A stretch of DNA of 64,000 nucleotides from Oceanispirochaeta sp. Its GTDB lineage: Bacteria; Spirochaetota; Spirochaetia; DSM-2461. Positions within the stretch are counted from its first letter, which is position 1. Each line of letters starts with the position of its first letter. The notes below the pieces were generated by a model. That model saw only the letters and a list, made by a program, of their open reading frames with translations. It was not told where the DNA came from and ran no database searches. Below, piece after piece: positions 38,268 through 49,262 of the stretch. The translations under genes and the position numbers were made by a program. The stretch spans positions 1,792,001 to 1,856,000 of the forward strand of contig CAXXXD010000002.1 of NCBI GenBank assembly GCA_963663385.2. The letters run 5' to 3'.

Positions 38268-39167
38268 GTGAACCCCTGGCCGGAACTCGAACAGTACTCA
38301 TCCCGCATTTTTCTGGAAAAATCCGGTCTGAATGTTTTCTGTTTTGATACGGGAGGACCCGATCGGAATTCTCCTGTCTGCATTCTCCTTCACGGGTTGG
38401 GTGACGAAGCTGATACCTGGCGTCATATCATTGCGCCCTTATCCCGCCGGTACAGGATTATTGCTCCGGATCTGCCCGGTTTCGGGCGGAGCGATAAACC
38501 GCGAAGGTCCTATTCAATTCCTTTTTTATGTGAATGTATCATCGAATTGATGGATATGAAAAAAAAGGAGCATTACCTGCTTATTGGAAGCTCTCTGGGG
38601 GGGATGATCAGTCAGTATATTGCCCTGCAGGTTCCGGATAGGGTAAACGGGCTGATTCTGGCAGACGGAGTGCTTCTGAGTCAACCGGAAAAAGCGGATC
38701 TTTTTACCCGTCTGTTCTTTACACCCCTCCTGGGGGAAATACTCTATTCCTCCCTTGCGTTACAGCCTGAAAAAGCCTTTCGATCCCTTCGTCCCTACTA
38801 TGCCGACCTGGACGGTCTGCCCGAAGCAGACAAAAACTTTTTATATGAAAGAGTGAACAGACGAGTAACCGACAGGAGGCAGAGACATGCTTATTTCTCA
38901 CTGCTTCGCAGTCTGGAAAAATGGCTGAGCAGCAGACAGGACGAATTCCGTACACAACTGAAAGCCTGTGAGGTTCCCACCTTGCTGATCTGGGGAGAGA
39001 ATGATCATATCAGCCCCCGAAAGAACGGGGAGGAGCAGTTGAAGCTTCAGCCCTTTTCCTGCATGAAAACAATAGAAAAGGCGGGGCACCTGCCCCATCA
39101 GGAACAGCCGGAAACTTTTCTTAATCTTGTGGAAGATTGGCTGGAAGAAAAAGATGATACATTCTGA
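38268..39167 (+). CDS. Alpha/beta hydrolase
   Basis: LLHGLG, PDLPGFGRS, GSSLGG, WGEND, AGHLP. Confidence 0.92.
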   Translation: MNPWPELEQYSSRIFLEKSGLNVFCFDTGGPDRNSPVCILLHGLGDEADTWRHIIAPLSRRYRIIAPDLPGFGRSDKPRRSYSIPFLCECIIELMDMKKKEHYLLIGSSLGGMISQYIALQVPDRVNGLILADGVLLSQPEKADLFTRLFFTPLLGEILYSSLALQPEKAFRSLRPYYADLDGLPEADKNFLYERVNRRVTDRRQRHAYFSLLRSLEKWLSSRQDEFRTQLKACEVPTLLIWGENDHISPRKNGEEQLKLQPFSCMKTIEKAGHLPHQEQPETFLNLVEDWLEEKDDTF

Positions 39168-39223
39168 TGTTTTTTGAATGGTGAATTACGTTTTAGGGAA
39201 TAATAGAAATTATTTTATGAAAA

Positions 39224-39241
39224 TAACTGAACAAACAGTTA
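39224..39241. promoter_or_regulatory. Inverted repeat upstream of eda (possible operator)
   Basis: TAACTG-AACAAA-CAGTTA. Confidence 0.35.
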
Positions 39242-39272
39242 AAATATTCAGATTCCCGTATTAAAAATAATA

Positions 39273-39965
39273 ATGGAGAATAATGTGGAAAACTATCAAA
39301 GCAAATGCGCTCGTATCGCAGACGCCCTCGGGACAGTAAAGGTTGTGCCTGTACTGGCCATAGATAAAGTGGAAGATGGTATCAGAATGTGCGAAATCCT
39401 CAACAGTTGCGGATTAAAGGCTGCTGAAATCACTTTCAGAACAAAGGCCGCCGAAGGAATTATAAAAGAAGCGGCCAGGCAGTTTCCGGAACTCCTGCTG
39501 GGTGCCGGGACTGTATTGAATCGGGAGGATCTTCACAGGGCTTTTAATGCCGGGGCTTCTTTTGCGGTAGCTCCCGGATTCAACCCGGCTGTGGCAGGAG
39601 AGGCGGTCATGTCGGGATATCCTTTTTTCCCCGGCTTCTGTACTCCCTCCGAGCTGGAGCAGATTGTTCAATTCGGTATAAATATGCTGAAGTTCTTCCC
39701 CGCCGAGGCAATGGGCGGGACCAGAATGCTGAAAAACATCATTGCACCCTATAAACATCTGGGAATCCGTATTATGCCGACAGGCGGCGTGAATCCCGAT
39801 AATCTGATCGACTACCTTTCCCTTCCGCAAATTCCCTGTGCCGGCGGAACCTGGCTCGGAAAAGCCGAAGATATAAACGCAGGAAACTGGGAAAAAATAA
39901 CCTGTCTGGTTAAAGATGCGGTAAAGCTGGCAGCGAGCTGTCAGGAGAGGACTCCGAATGTCTGA
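39273..39965 (+). CDS. eda: KDPG/KHG aldolase
   Basis: AEITFRT, GAGTV, KFFPAE, MPTGGV. Confidence 0.94.
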   Translation: MENNVENYQSKCARIADALGTVKVVPVLAIDKVEDGIRMCEILNSCGLKAAEITFRTKAAEGIIKEAARQFPELLLGAGTVLNREDLHRAFNAGASFAVAPGFNPAVAGEAVMSGYPFFPGFCTPSELEQIVQFGINMLKFFPAEAMGGTRMLKNIIAPYKHLGIRIMPTGGVNPDNLIDYLSLPQIPCAGGTWLGKAEDINAGNWEKITCLVKDAVKLAASCQERTPNV

Positions 39966-41055
39966 ACTGAAAATTAAACAGGAAGAGGAATGCCTTTTCG
40001 ATATACTTTCACTGGGTGAAATTATGCTTCGTCTGGATCCGGGAGAAGGACGGATTCATACAGCGCGTCAGTTCCGTGTCTGGGAGGGCGGCGGAGAGTA
40101 CAATGTCGCCCGTGGCCTAAGGCGCTGTTTTGGTATGAGAGCCGCTGCCGTAACCGCCCTGGCGGATAATCCGGTGGGCCGTCTGGTCGAAGATCTGATT
40201 CTGCAGGGCGGTGTGGATCCCTCTTATATCAGATGGATGAAATACGACGGGTGCGGACGGGAAACCAGAAACGGCCTCAATTTTACAGAGAGGGGATTTG
40301 GAATACGCGGAGCCGTCGGCTGTTCAGACCGGGGGCATACGGCAGTATCCCAGCTGAAGGAAGGGGATATTGACTGGGAAGGCATTTTTTCCCGGGGGAT
40401 AAGGTGGTTTCATACGGGAGGAATCTTTGCCGCCCTCTCCGAAACTACTCCCGGCGTTGTAATCGAAGCCATGAAAGCGGCAAGGAAGCATGGAACCGTT
40501 ATTTCCTACGATCTGAATTACAGACCCTCCCTCTGGAAAGCCATAGGAGGCGAGGCAAAAGCTCAGGAAGTCAACCGGGAAATCGCCCGGTATGTTGATG
40601 TTATGATCGGGAATGAAGAGGATTTTACAGCCTGTCTGGGGTTGAGGGTTGAAGGAACAGATGAGAATCTGACAGATCTGGACAGCGAGAAATTTAAAAA
40701 CATGATAAATAAGGCTGTTGTCGAATTTCCCAATTTCAAAGCAGCCGCTACAACTCTCCGGGGAGTGAAAACAGCTACTGTAAATGACTGGGGCGCTATC
40801 GCCTGGTATAACGGGAACATTGCTGAAGCTGTAAACAGACCTGACCTTGAAATACTGGATAGAGTCGGAGGGGGGGATAGCTTTGCTTCCGGTCTGATTT
40901 ACGGATTTATGAAATTCAACGATGCAGAGAGGGCCGTCAACTACGGGGCGGCTCATGGCGCACTGGCAATGACGACACCCGGGGATACAACTATGGCAAC
41001 TCTGGCAGAAGTGGAGAAAATCATAGGCGGCGGAGGAGCTCGGGTGGACCGTTAA
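39958..41055 (+). CDS. kdgK: 2-keto-3-deoxygluconate kinase (PfkB family)
   Basis: GEIMLRL, GGGEYNVA, DLNYRPSLW, DRVGGGDSFASG; overlaps eda. Confidence 0.9.
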   Translation: MSELKIKQEEECLFDILSLGEIMLRLDPGEGRIHTARQFRVWEGGGEYNVARGLRRCFGMRAAAVTALADNPVGRLVEDLILQGGVDPSYIRWMKYDGCGRETRNGLNFTERGFGIRGAVGCSDRGHTAVSQLKEGDIDWEGIFSRGIRWFHTGGIFAALSETTPGVVIEAMKAARKHGTVISYDLNYRPSLWKAIGGEAKAQEVNREIARYVDVMIGNEEDFTACLGLRVEGTDENLTDLDSEKFKNMINKAVVEFPNFKAAATTLRGVKTATVNDWGAIAWYNGNIAEAVNRPDLEILDRVGGGDSFASGLIYGFMKFNDAERAVNYGAAHGALAMTTPGDTTMATLAEVEKIIGGGGARVDR

Positions 41056-41083
41056 ATCAGAATGATGAAGAGGACAAATTTTA

Positions 41084-42199
41084 ATGAATAGCGAAAAAAG
41101 ACGTAAGATCCTTTTTATCCGGTATGGGATCTATATAATGACTCCCATATCCCTGTTTTTCCTCTTTTATGAACTGTTATCAGGAAGTGGTCTTTATTCA
41201 CTGGTAAGATTATTCGCACCTGTTGCCCTGACTTTAATATATATTTTATTAATCAGAACAAATTGGGATAAAAGTATTTTCAGGATTTATCTGTCAATTA
41301 TAACGGTAATGATAATTGTATCTCTGTTAAAAAAGCCTGTAGTTGGAGTTTTCTGGGTATTCATGATACCGCTCCTCTATACTTTTTTTCTGGGATTCAG
41401 GGAAGGAGCCATATGGTTCTCCTTTTTATCTCTGGCAACCGGATTAATAATTTTCAATATTACAGGGAATTTCCAGTCACCCTTTATTGGGGATTTCAGA
41501 ATCGTTTTTTATATGAGTTACCTTGTTTCCGGATTTATCATACTGGGATTTGAAGCATCAAGGGCTCAGGTTCTGAAATCATTGAAAGAATCGGAAGATT
41601 TAAGAAAAGACCTGTTTGAATTGGCGGGAGATTCCATTATGGTTATTGATCTTGCCACAAACACGATTATTGATTGTAATATCAATGCATACAAGCGACT
41701 GGGATATACAAAAGACGAGTTTTTAAAGCTTTCCATTACGGATTTTGATGATTCCCTGCCTATGATCAGGAATAAAATGGATAAGCTCCTGATGCAAAGT
41801 GATATAGTCTATCAGGAATCTGTACATAAAAGAAAAGACGGCAGCTTTCTACCCGTCGAAACAGGTGCAAAAATCCTGTACAGGGAAGGAAAATCGATTC
41901 TTTTGGCATTTGTCAGGGATATTTCCGAACGTAAGAAAATTGAAGACGAAAAAGAGGAATATGTCGAGAAGCTGCAGAAAGCCTTTGATGAGATTAAGGT
42001 TCTGCAGGGTATAATTCCAATCTGTTCCTACTGCAAAAAAATCAGGGACGATAACGGGTACTGGAATCAGGTGGAGCAGTATATTTCAGAGCATACTGAT
42101 GTAATGTTTACCCATGGTATCTGCCCGGATTGTCGCAAAAAACATTTCCCCGAGATGGAAGTGGCTGACAAATCTTTTTCCCCTGTTAAAAAAGGTTAA
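41084..42199 (+). CDS. Multi-TM + PAS sensor ending in a CxxC...CxxC domain
   Basis: Hydrophobic N-terminus; PAS (LFELAGDSI..HKRKDGS..VRDISERK); IPICSYCKKIRDD..YW..FTHGICPDC. Confidence 0.85.
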   Translation: MNSEKRRKILFIRYGIYIMTPISLFFLFYELLSGSGLYSLVRLFAPVALTLIYILLIRTNWDKSIFRIYLSIITVMIIVSLLKKPVVGVFWVFMIPLLYTFFLGFREGAIWFSFLSLATGLIIFNITGNFQSPFIGDFRIVFYMSYLVSGFIILGFEASRAQVLKSLKESEDLRKDLFELAGDSIMVIDLATNTIIDCNINAYKRLGYTKDEFLKLSITDFDDSLPMIRNKMDKLLMQSDIVYQESVHKRKDGSFLPVETGAKILYREGKSILLAFVRDISERKKIEDEKEEYVEKLQKAFDEIKVLQGIIPICSYCKKIRDDNGYWNQVEQYISEHTDVMFTHGICPDCRKKHFPEMEVADKSFSPVKKG

Positions 42200-42225
42200 A
42201 ACCCGGGAACTGTTGATATAGGTTT

Positions 42226-42268
42226 GTCCCCCCCCCTCCATGCGAATTTGTTCCGGGATGGGGGAGAC
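42226..42268. terminator. GC-rich stem between convergent genes
   Basis: GTCCCCCCCCCTCC...GGGATGGGGGAGAC imperfect inverted repeat. Confidence 0.4.
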
Positions 42269-42280
42269 TAAGGAACTATA

Positions 42281-44401
42281 TCAGAGATTAAACAGCAGGT
42301 CTTCATAGGACGGGTAAGGCCAGCACTGTTTATCCGTCAGTTTTTCCAGCATATCCGCACAGATCCTCAGTTCCTGCATGGCAGGAATAACTTTTTCCTT
42401 GTAGGATTCAGCCTGGGCGGGCAGGTTTTCTTCCAGGGCCAGGCTGTTCTGAATTTCCCGTTCAAGCAGGGTGGCTGCCTTAGCCAGTCCTTCCATGTCG
42501 CTATAGAGGGCTTTAAGCAGTTTTTCCTGTTCCATCATTGTTTCATCACCCGCAAAATGACGGGCTTCTTTCAGAAAGCTCTGCAGTTCAGAGGCATAAC
42601 GGAAAACAGAAGGATAGATAAGGCGGCGGGCCATTTCCACAGCAACACCTGCTTCAATATTAATCTCTTTGCTGTAGTTTTCCAGATAAATGGCATAACG
42701 GGATTCCAGTTCGTTCCGGTTAAAGACTTTATGTTTCTCAAACAGGGCGATATTTTCTTCCTTGATCAGTTCTTTCAGAGCCTCAACGGTTGACTTCAGG
42801 TTGGGCAGACCTCTTTTTCCCGCTTCCTTTACCCATTCAGCAGAATACCCGTTTCCATTGAAGATAACCCTTTTGTGATTTGTATAGAACTCCCGGATGA
42901 TCCGGCCGATCTCTTTATCCACATCATTTGATTTTTCAAGTCTCTCTCCGATTTCAGTAAGAACTTCGGCTACTGCCGTATTAATAACAACATTGGGACC
43001 GGCAATAGACTGAGATGAGCCTACCATGCGGAATTCAAACTTGTTCTCTGTAAAGGCAAAAGGGGAGGTGCGGTTTCTATCCGCCACATCCAGGGGCAGT
43101 TTCGGCAGTGTCGTGACCCCTATTTCCAGCCTGCCGCCTTCCCGTGCTTTTACTTCCTGATTATTGGAAAGCCTATCCAGTATTTCTGTTATCTGTTCCC
43201 CCAGATACATGGAAATAATGGCGGGAGGGGCTTCATTTGCTCCCAGGCGGTGATCATTTCCGGTATTGGCTGCAGACATTCTGATAAGGGGCGCATAACA
43301 GTCGACCGCCTTGATAACTGCCGAAAGGAAAAGCAGAAAGCGGGCGTTTTCATGAGGTGTTTCTCCCGGTTTTAAAAGGCTGCCTTTCCGGTTGTCTATG
43401 GACCAGTTATTATGCTTGCCGCTCCCGTTAACGCCGGCGAAGGGTTTCTCATGGAGGAGGCAGACCATGTTGTGACGGTCTGCCACTTTTTTCATCATCT
43501 CCATAACCAGCTGGTTCCGGTCTGTGGCCACATTGACCTCCGAATAGATGGTTGCCAGTTCAAACTGGTTGGGAGCAACTTCATTATGCTGGGTTTTCGC
43601 TGAGATCCCCAGACGCCATAATTCCGTATTCAGGTCTTTCATAAAGTGGGCGACCCGGTCCTTTATGGCGCCGAAGTAGTGGTCGTCCAGTTCCTGTCCC
43701 TTTGCGGACATGGTTCCGAAAATGGTCCGCCCGGTAAGCCGCAAATCCGGTCTCTTCTGATAGTACTCCTTGTCAATAAGGAAGTATTCCTGTTCAGGCC
43801 CGACCGAGACAGTTACTTTTTCATCTTCGCCGTCTCCCATCAGGTTAAGGACTTTTTCAGCGGCTCCTTTTACAGCTTGCATACTCCTGAGAAGGGGTGT
43901 TTTCTTATCCAGGGCTTCACCCGTATAGGAAACAAATGCTGTAGGAATAGTCAGGGTTAACCCGCTTCTATCCTGTTTCAGAAAAGCGGGAGATGTCGTA
44001 TCCCATGCGGTATACCCTCTGGCCTCAAAGGTGGAGCGGAGCCCGCCGCTGGGAAAGGAGGAGGCATCGGGTTCTCCCTTTATAAGCTCCTTCCCGGAAA
44101 ATTCCATCAGCACGGTCCCGTCAGGGGCAGGGGAGATAAAAGAGTCGTGTTTTTCGGCTGTCAGACCCGTTAGCGGCTGAAACCAGTGAGTATAATGGGT
44201 TGCCCCTTTTTCAATGGCCCAATCCTTCATTGCTCCGGCTATTACTTCCGCCACATCCCGTGAAAGTTCCTTTTCTCCGGCCTGGACATCTTTGAAATCG
44301 TTAAAGATCATTTTGGGGAGCCTCTGTTTCATCAGGGATTCGCTGAAACAGTATTCCCCGTAAATGTCTTCCAGTGCTATTTCTGAAAAATTGATACTCA
44401 T
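42281..44401 (-). CDS. Glutamine synthetase type III
   Basis: [73 protein letters not shown]. Confidence 0.96.
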   Translation of the reverse strand: MSINFSEIALEDIYGEYCFSESLMKQRLPKMIFNDFKDVQAGEKELSRDVAEVIAGAMKDWAIEKGATHYTHWFQPLTGLTAEKHDSFISPAPDGTVLMEFSGKELIKGEPDASSFPSGGLRSTFEARGYTAWDTTSPAFLKQDRSGLTLTIPTAFVSYTGEALDKKTPLLRSMQAVKGAAEKVLNLMGDGEDEKVTVSVGPEQEYFLIDKEYYQKRPDLRLTGRTIFGTMSAKGQELDDHYFGAIKDRVAHFMKDLNTELWRLGISAKTQHNEVAPNQFELATIYSEVNVATDRNQLVMEMMKKVADRHNMVCLLHEKPFAGVNGSGKHNNWSIDNRKGSLLKPGETPHENARFLLFLSAVIKAVDCYAPLIRMSAANTGNDHRLGANEAPPAIISMYLGEQITEILDRLSNNQEVKAREGGRLEIGVTTLPKLPLDVADRNRTSPFAFTENKFEFRMVGSSQSIAGPNVVINTAVAEVLTEIGERLEKSNDVDKEIGRIIREFYTNHKRVIFNGNGYSAEWVKEAGKRGLPNLKSTVEALKELIKEENIALFEKHKVFNRNELESRYAIYLENYSKEINIEAGVAVEMARRLIYPSVFRYASELQSFLKEARHFAGDETMMEQEKLLKALYSDMEGLAKAATLLEREIQNSLALEENLPAQAESYKEKVIPAMQELRICADMLEKLTDKQCWPYPSYEDLLFNL

Positions 44402-44683
44402 AATACGCCTCTTTGTAATATTTGTGTAGTATATTTATACGTTTATATTGTATGTTTATACTGGTAAAATAAAAAGAGAAAAATAGAATTTTTAAATAAA
44501 AAAGAGAATTTCAAACGCTTTAGACCAGGATCTGATAATTCATGACAAGGAGTCTTGCCAGGCTGACTCCATTTGCATATACGGACTGATTCAGTCCGTT
44601 TTAATTTATATCATATATAGTTTTATTTTTTCTCCTATTGACATATTATTATTTCCCAACTCCTGTGAGATGTTTGAAATACG

Positions 44684-45466
44684 TTATAAAAGAGAACAGC
44701 TTAAGGAGCATTTTTTTTCAACGGTCTGCTGAATGTGCTTTTCAATTCTAATCCGATCATGCCCTTCGGGGAGTTCGTCTATCAATTGATTAAGATACCC
44801 CCGATCTTTAATTTTCCGGAGACTTTCTGTATAGTTAAGATCGAAAATCCATCCCAGCTGAAGAAGGATCAACTCCTCCCGGCTTCTTAGGTGCGTATTA
44901 TCCGATTGGATTCCCTTGAGCAGATTATCTACAAGAAGAGGTATATGAGGAGATCGCCCAATACTCTCCTTTTTTCCAAATCCATCGAAAGAAACATTGA
45001 ATTGAGTAACAACCCGATATATATCAATTTTATCGGCATCCCTTATAAGACGGCAGTGTTGCAGTTCTCTTCCAGTTAATCCTTCCGGAATCGATTTTTT
45101 ATTGTGAAAACGAATAGCCGAAAGAAGGATTCGACGGTCCTCCCCGATAAGCTGAGGGAGTGGATTAAGTTTTTCAAAAAGCTCTACACCCCAATCTCCA
45201 TGATCCCTGGAATCCCTGTCTTTAAAAGTCTGATACTGAGAGAACTGTTCAAAACGAGCCAGATCATGAAACCGGGCAATAAGACCGGCTAAACAAACGT
45301 CGTCTTCCGTCCATTTCAGAGCTCTTGCCAAAGAAATAGCTTCAAGAACGACATTTTCAGTATGCTCCTCCTTTAAATCAATATTCTTACTTATATAGGT
45401 ATTCTCTGTTTTAAACCCGTTAATATAATCTGCTGACCAGCTGGAAGCCTGACATAGAAGATCCAT
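44684..45466 (-). CDS. HD-domain protein
   Basis: KEEHT, FHDLARFEQF, DHG, HNK, IRDADKIDI. Confidence 0.88.
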   Translation of the reverse strand: MDLLCQASSWSADYINGFKTENTYISKNIDLKEEHTENVVLEAISLARALKWTEDDVCLAGLIARFHDLARFEQFSQYQTFKDRDSRDHGDWGVELFEKLNPLPQLIGEDRRILLSAIRFHNKKSIPEGLTGRELQHCRLIRDADKIDIYRVVTQFNVSFDGFGKKESIGRSPHIPLLVDNLLKGIQSDNTHLRSREELILLQLGWIFDLNYTESLRKIKDRGYLNQLIDELPEGHDRIRIEKHIQQTVEKKCSLSCSLL

Positions 45467-45665
45467 TTTTCTTCCTTATTATTAATTTTGTATCGTTATC
45501 TATTGTCTGATACCTCTATTATATACTGATAGCCGTTTTACAGAACATCCTCTAACTATTTTTCATGATGAATTCGTCTGGAAAAGGAAGGTTCATTAAA
45601 CAGGCAGCAACATCTTTAAGGATCAATCTTGCCATAAACGGGTACTATCGAGTATTCTTCGAATT

Positions 45666-46334
45666 ATGGAAATGCCTAAACGAAGGGTCATATCGACTAT
45701 AAAAGATCAGGTTTACGAAGTTATAAAAGAAAACATTCTTAATGAGCATTTTAAACCGGGCCAGCGTATTCAGGAGCTGGAAATAGCCAAACAGCTTCAG
45801 GTAAGCCGTTCTCCCGTTCGAAGCGCTATCAATGAGCTTATCGGAGAGGGGCTGCTGGAAAGCATACCGAATAAAAGCGTCAGGGTTCGAAAACTCAGTC
45901 AGAAAGAGATTGTGGATACCTTCGAGTTTCGGTTGATTATCGAAAAATATGCCGTAAAGAAAGTGGCAGCGATCATGAATGATGAACTTTCCGGAAAGCT
46001 GGCAGCATACAGGAAACGGTTTGAATCGTTTAAGGCCGGAGGTACTTTAAAGGAATATGTCGTGCTTGATTCGAAGTTCCATGAATTCCTTGTTTCGTCC
46101 GCAGATAACGCAGTCATTCTGGAATCCCTGCAGAAAGTAGCCATGCTGATAATGCCTTTCCGTATTATTTCCCTTAACAGCGACAACCGCTTCAAGGAAT
46201 CCATCGATGAGCATGAGAAAGTTATCGATGCTCTTATGGCCGGAGACGGCGATAAGGCCTGGGAAGTCTGCCGGACTCATCTGATTCTGGCAAAAGAGGA
46301 GATTGTCAAATCTCTCGAGGACATGGGTGAATAG
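45666..46334 (+). CDS. GntR-family regulator (FCD domain)
   Basis: PGQRI.E..IAKQLQVSRSPVRSA; FHEFL..N..EH. Confidence 0.95.
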   Translation: MEMPKRRVISTIKDQVYEVIKENILNEHFKPGQRIQELEIAKQLQVSRSPVRSAINELIGEGLLESIPNKSVRVRKLSQKEIVDTFEFRLIIEKYAVKKVAAIMNDELSGKLAAYRKRFESFKAGGTLKEYVVLDSKFHEFLVSSADNAVILESLQKVAMLIMPFRIISLNSDNRFKESIDEHEKVIDALMAGDGDKAWEVCRTHLILAKEEIVKSLEDMGE

Positions 46335-46353
46335 GGGATTCGAAAGAATTTCA

Positions 46354-46396
46354 TTGACAGCTTTTTTTTGCGGTTGTATCATGTATACATGATACA
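46354..46396 (+). promoter_or_regulatory. Sigma70 promoter with overlapping perfect 22-bp palindromic operator
   Basis: TTGACA(46354)-17-TATCAT(46377); TGTATCATGTATACATGATACA at 46375-46396. Confidence 0.8.
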
Positions 46397-46435
46397 TAAT
46401 ACATTATGCAGAGATAAAGCCGGGGAGACAGAATC

Positions 46436-47713
46436 GTGAAAACTCCCCTTTCCTTACCCTACGACAAGGGTGATATTGAAGTTGAAATTGATTCGGAGAT
46501 CCTGAGGGGGGTTCTGGCTCCCGGCGAATCCGGTATGGAAGTGGAGCCGGATCAGAAGAAAATTATTCTGGATGCTCTTGAGCATCCGGTCGGTTCGCTC
46601 CGTCTTTCCGAACTGGCGGAGGGAAAAGATAAAATTGTTCTTATAACGAGTGATCACACCCGGGCTGTTCCGTCAGCGCTGACTCTTCCTCTGCTTCTGG
46701 AAGAAATCCGGAAGGGGAATCCGCGGGCGGATATCACAATTGTAGTGGCGACCGGGCTCCACCGGGGTATGACTCCGGAAGAAATGGAAGGCAAATTCGG
46801 TGCTTCCGTAGTAGAGAATGAGAAGATCATAAACCATTATGCCTATGATCCGAAGCTGTTCACAAATCTGGGCGTTCTGCCTTCGGGCAGCAAATGCGAA
46901 ATAAATACAATCGCTGCAGAGGCGGATCTTCTTGTCTCGGAAGGATTTATCGAACCGCACTTTTTTGCCGGTTTTTCCGGGGGGAGAAAAAGTGTTCTTC
47001 CCGGAATCGCTTCCCAGGACTGCGTGAATATCAACCACAGTGCTCCCGCAATCGCCCATCCGAAAGCCGCTACAGGCGTTCTGGATGGAAATCCTGTTCA
47101 TGAGGATATGATCAGAGCGGCCCGACTGGCAAAACTGGCGTTTATTTTCAATGTGCTTCTGGATGAGGAAAAGCGGGTTATCGCTGCCTACTGCGGGGAT
47201 GCGGATAAGGCCCACAGGGCCGGATGCAAAAAACTGCTGAGTCTTTGCGGAGTCGATCCGGTTCCCGCCCCTATCGTCATTACTTCCAATGGGGGGTATC
47301 CGCTGGATCAGAATCTTTATCAGTGCCCTAAAGGGCTGGATGCTGCCCTGGCCTGTGTGGAAGAGGGGGGTGTTATCATCCTTGTCGCCGCCTGTGCGGA
47401 CGGGCTGGGAGGAGAGAATTTCGGACAAATGATGCTGGAGGGGACTCCACGGGAACTTATGGACAGAATTATGGCCATCGAACCGGAGCAGACTATATCC
47501 GAACAATGGTGCGTTCAGCGTTTTGCCGACGCCCTGCTTAAGTACAAAATCATCCTTGTTACCAGCGGTCTCAACCGGGAGCTGGTGGAAAAGATGAATT
47601 TTATATATGCGGATACACTGGAATCCGCTGTGAATCAGGCACGGTCTCTGAAAGGGGCCGATGCGGGTATTACGGTTATTCCAAACGGCGTATCAGTAAT
47701 TATAAGGAGATAA
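46436..47713 (+). CDS. LarA-superfamily nickel-pincer racemase/epimerase
   Basis: SDHTR, ATGLHR, IEPHFFAGFSGGRKS, GGYPLDQNLYQ. Confidence 0.92.
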   Translation: MKTPLSLPYDKGDIEVEIDSEILRGVLAPGESGMEVEPDQKKIILDALEHPVGSLRLSELAEGKDKIVLITSDHTRAVPSALTLPLLLEEIRKGNPRADITIVVATGLHRGMTPEEMEGKFGASVVENEKIINHYAYDPKLFTNLGVLPSGSKCEINTIAAEADLLVSEGFIEPHFFAGFSGGRKSVLPGIASQDCVNINHSAPAIAHPKAATGVLDGNPVHEDMIRAARLAKLAFIFNVLLDEEKRVIAAYCGDADKAHRAGCKKLLSLCGVDPVPAPIVITSNGGYPLDQNLYQCPKGLDAALACVEEGGVIILVAACADGLGGENFGQMMLEGTPRELMDRIMAIEPEQTISEQWCVQRFADALLKYKIILVTSGLNRELVEKMNFIYADTLESAVNQARSLKGADAGITVIPNGVSVIIRR

Positions 47714-47718
47714 AAGAG

Positions 47719-48033
47719 ATGGCGGAGAAAGTGAAGGCTATCAAAAACCATGACGATGATAATGTGGCTACCGTATTCGGCGATGTCGGAGAAGGGGTTA
47801 TCGTTTCAGTTCTGGACAAAAAGGGCTCCATTGAAGAGTACAAAGCCAACAGCGCGATTCCTTATGGGCATAAAATCGCCCTTGTGCCTATTGCTGTGGG
47901 TGAACAGGTAACAAAATATGGAGAGGAAATCGGTATTGCCTCAGAAGAAATCAAAACAGGTGATTATGTCCATGTCCATAATATCGAGAGTATCAGAGGA
48001 AGAGGCGATTGGGATAAGGGAGAAAAAGAGTGA
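47719..48033 (+). CDS. UxaA-family dehydratase/lyase small (SAF) subunit
   Basis: DNVA, IPYGHKIA, KYG..IG..GDYVHVHN. Confidence 0.92.
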   Translation: MAEKVKAIKNHDDDNVATVFGDVGEGVIVSVLDKKGSIEEYKANSAIPYGHKIALVPIAVGEQVTKYGEEIGIASEEIKTGDYVHVHNIESIRGRGDWDKGEKE

Positions 48034-49199
48034 GAGATTACAGTTATTTCGGATATGTAAGAAAGGACGGAAAAGTGGGAAGCCGTAACCATGTGGCGAT
48101 TATCCCATCAGTCGTGTGTGCCAATGAGGTAGTGGAAAGCATTGTTGCCAACACGGTAATGACCCAGGGCATCATCCATCATCAGGGCTGCTGCCAGACC
48201 CCTCCCGACCTGGAGAGGATCACCGATTGTTTAATTAAAATTGGTGAAAACCCGAATGTGGGGGCTTCTCTTATTGTCAGTCTCGGTTGCGAAGGGGTTG
48301 ATACAGACCGGCTTGAAGAAGCGCTTCGTGCGACAGGAAAGCCTGTGGAACGGATTAATATACAGGAACTGGGAGGAACCAGTGCTGCCATCCGGGAGGG
48401 AATTGACAAGGCTCAGAAACTTGTTATGGAGATTTCCGGACAGCAGAGACAGAAAGTGGACATGTCCACTTTTGTAATGGGAATCAAATGCGGCGCTTCT
48501 GACACAACTTCCGGTATCGCTTCCAACCCGGTTATTGGATATGTAGCCGATAAAGTGGTTGAACTGGGGGGTACGGTTATCTTCGGAGAAACCACAGAGT
48601 TCATCGGAGCCGAACATATTCTGCAGCGCCGGGCGAGAACTCCGCAAGTCGCTGCGGAAATCGGCCGGATTGTAACAGAGATGGAAAACAGAGCCAAGGC
48701 TATCGGTGTGGATATGAGAAAGGGCCAGCCCACTCCCGGCAATATCGCCGGGGGATTGAGTACAATCGAGGAAAAATCTCTGGGAGCCATTGTCAAATCC
48801 GGTACAAAGCCTATTGATGGCGTTATCGGTTATACCGAGGTCCCGGGGGGAAAGGGACTCTGGATAAAGGATTCTCCGGGCCGGGAAATTGAACTCCTGT
48901 CCGGTATGGCCGTGGGCGGCGCCCAGGTGATCTGTTTTTCAACCGGACGGGGTGCTCCACAGGGATTTCCCGTGGTTCCCGTAATCAAAATCTGTGGAAA
49001 TCCAATTACCTATGAAAGAATGAGTCATGATATGGACATTAACGCCGGACTCGTAACGACCGGGGAGAGGTCTATTGAGCAGGTAGGAGAGGAAACTTTT
49101 GAAATGCTTCTGCGGGTTGCCTCGGGAGAAACAAGCAAGGGAGAAGCCATAAAATATACGAAATCCATGGATTTTTATTGTCTCGGTCCTGTCATCTAG
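48030..49199 (+). CDS. UxaA-family dehydratase/lyase large subunit
   Basis: GYVRKDGKVGSRN, LGCE, KCGASD..SG, ETTEFIGAE, PTPGNIAGGLSTIEEKSLG. Confidence 0.93.
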   Translation: MRDYSYFGYVRKDGKVGSRNHVAIIPSVVCANEVVESIVANTVMTQGIIHHQGCCQTPPDLERITDCLIKIGENPNVGASLIVSLGCEGVDTDRLEEALRATGKPVERINIQELGGTSAAIREGIDKAQKLVMEISGQQRQKVDMSTFVMGIKCGASDTTSGIASNPVIGYVADKVVELGGTVIFGETTEFIGAEHILQRRARTPQVAAEIGRIVTEMENRAKAIGVDMRKGQPTPGNIAGGLSTIEEKSLGAIVKSGTKPIDGVIGYTEVPGGKGLWIKDSPGREIELLSGMAVGGAQVICFSTGRGAPQGFPVVPVIKICGNPITYERMSHDMDINAGLVTTGERSIEQVGEETFEMLLRVASGETSKGEAIKYTKSMDFYCLGPVI

Positions 49200-49262
49200 G
49201 AAAAAAAGGCAATATTCATCGATTTAAATAAGATACAAAAAGGTGTTAGGAGGTTTAGTGAA

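Noticed and set aside
44400..44560. ANTAR tandem hairpins or glnA riboswitch upstream of GSIII
   Set aside because: Could not build the paired hexaloop stems or the riboswitch consensus
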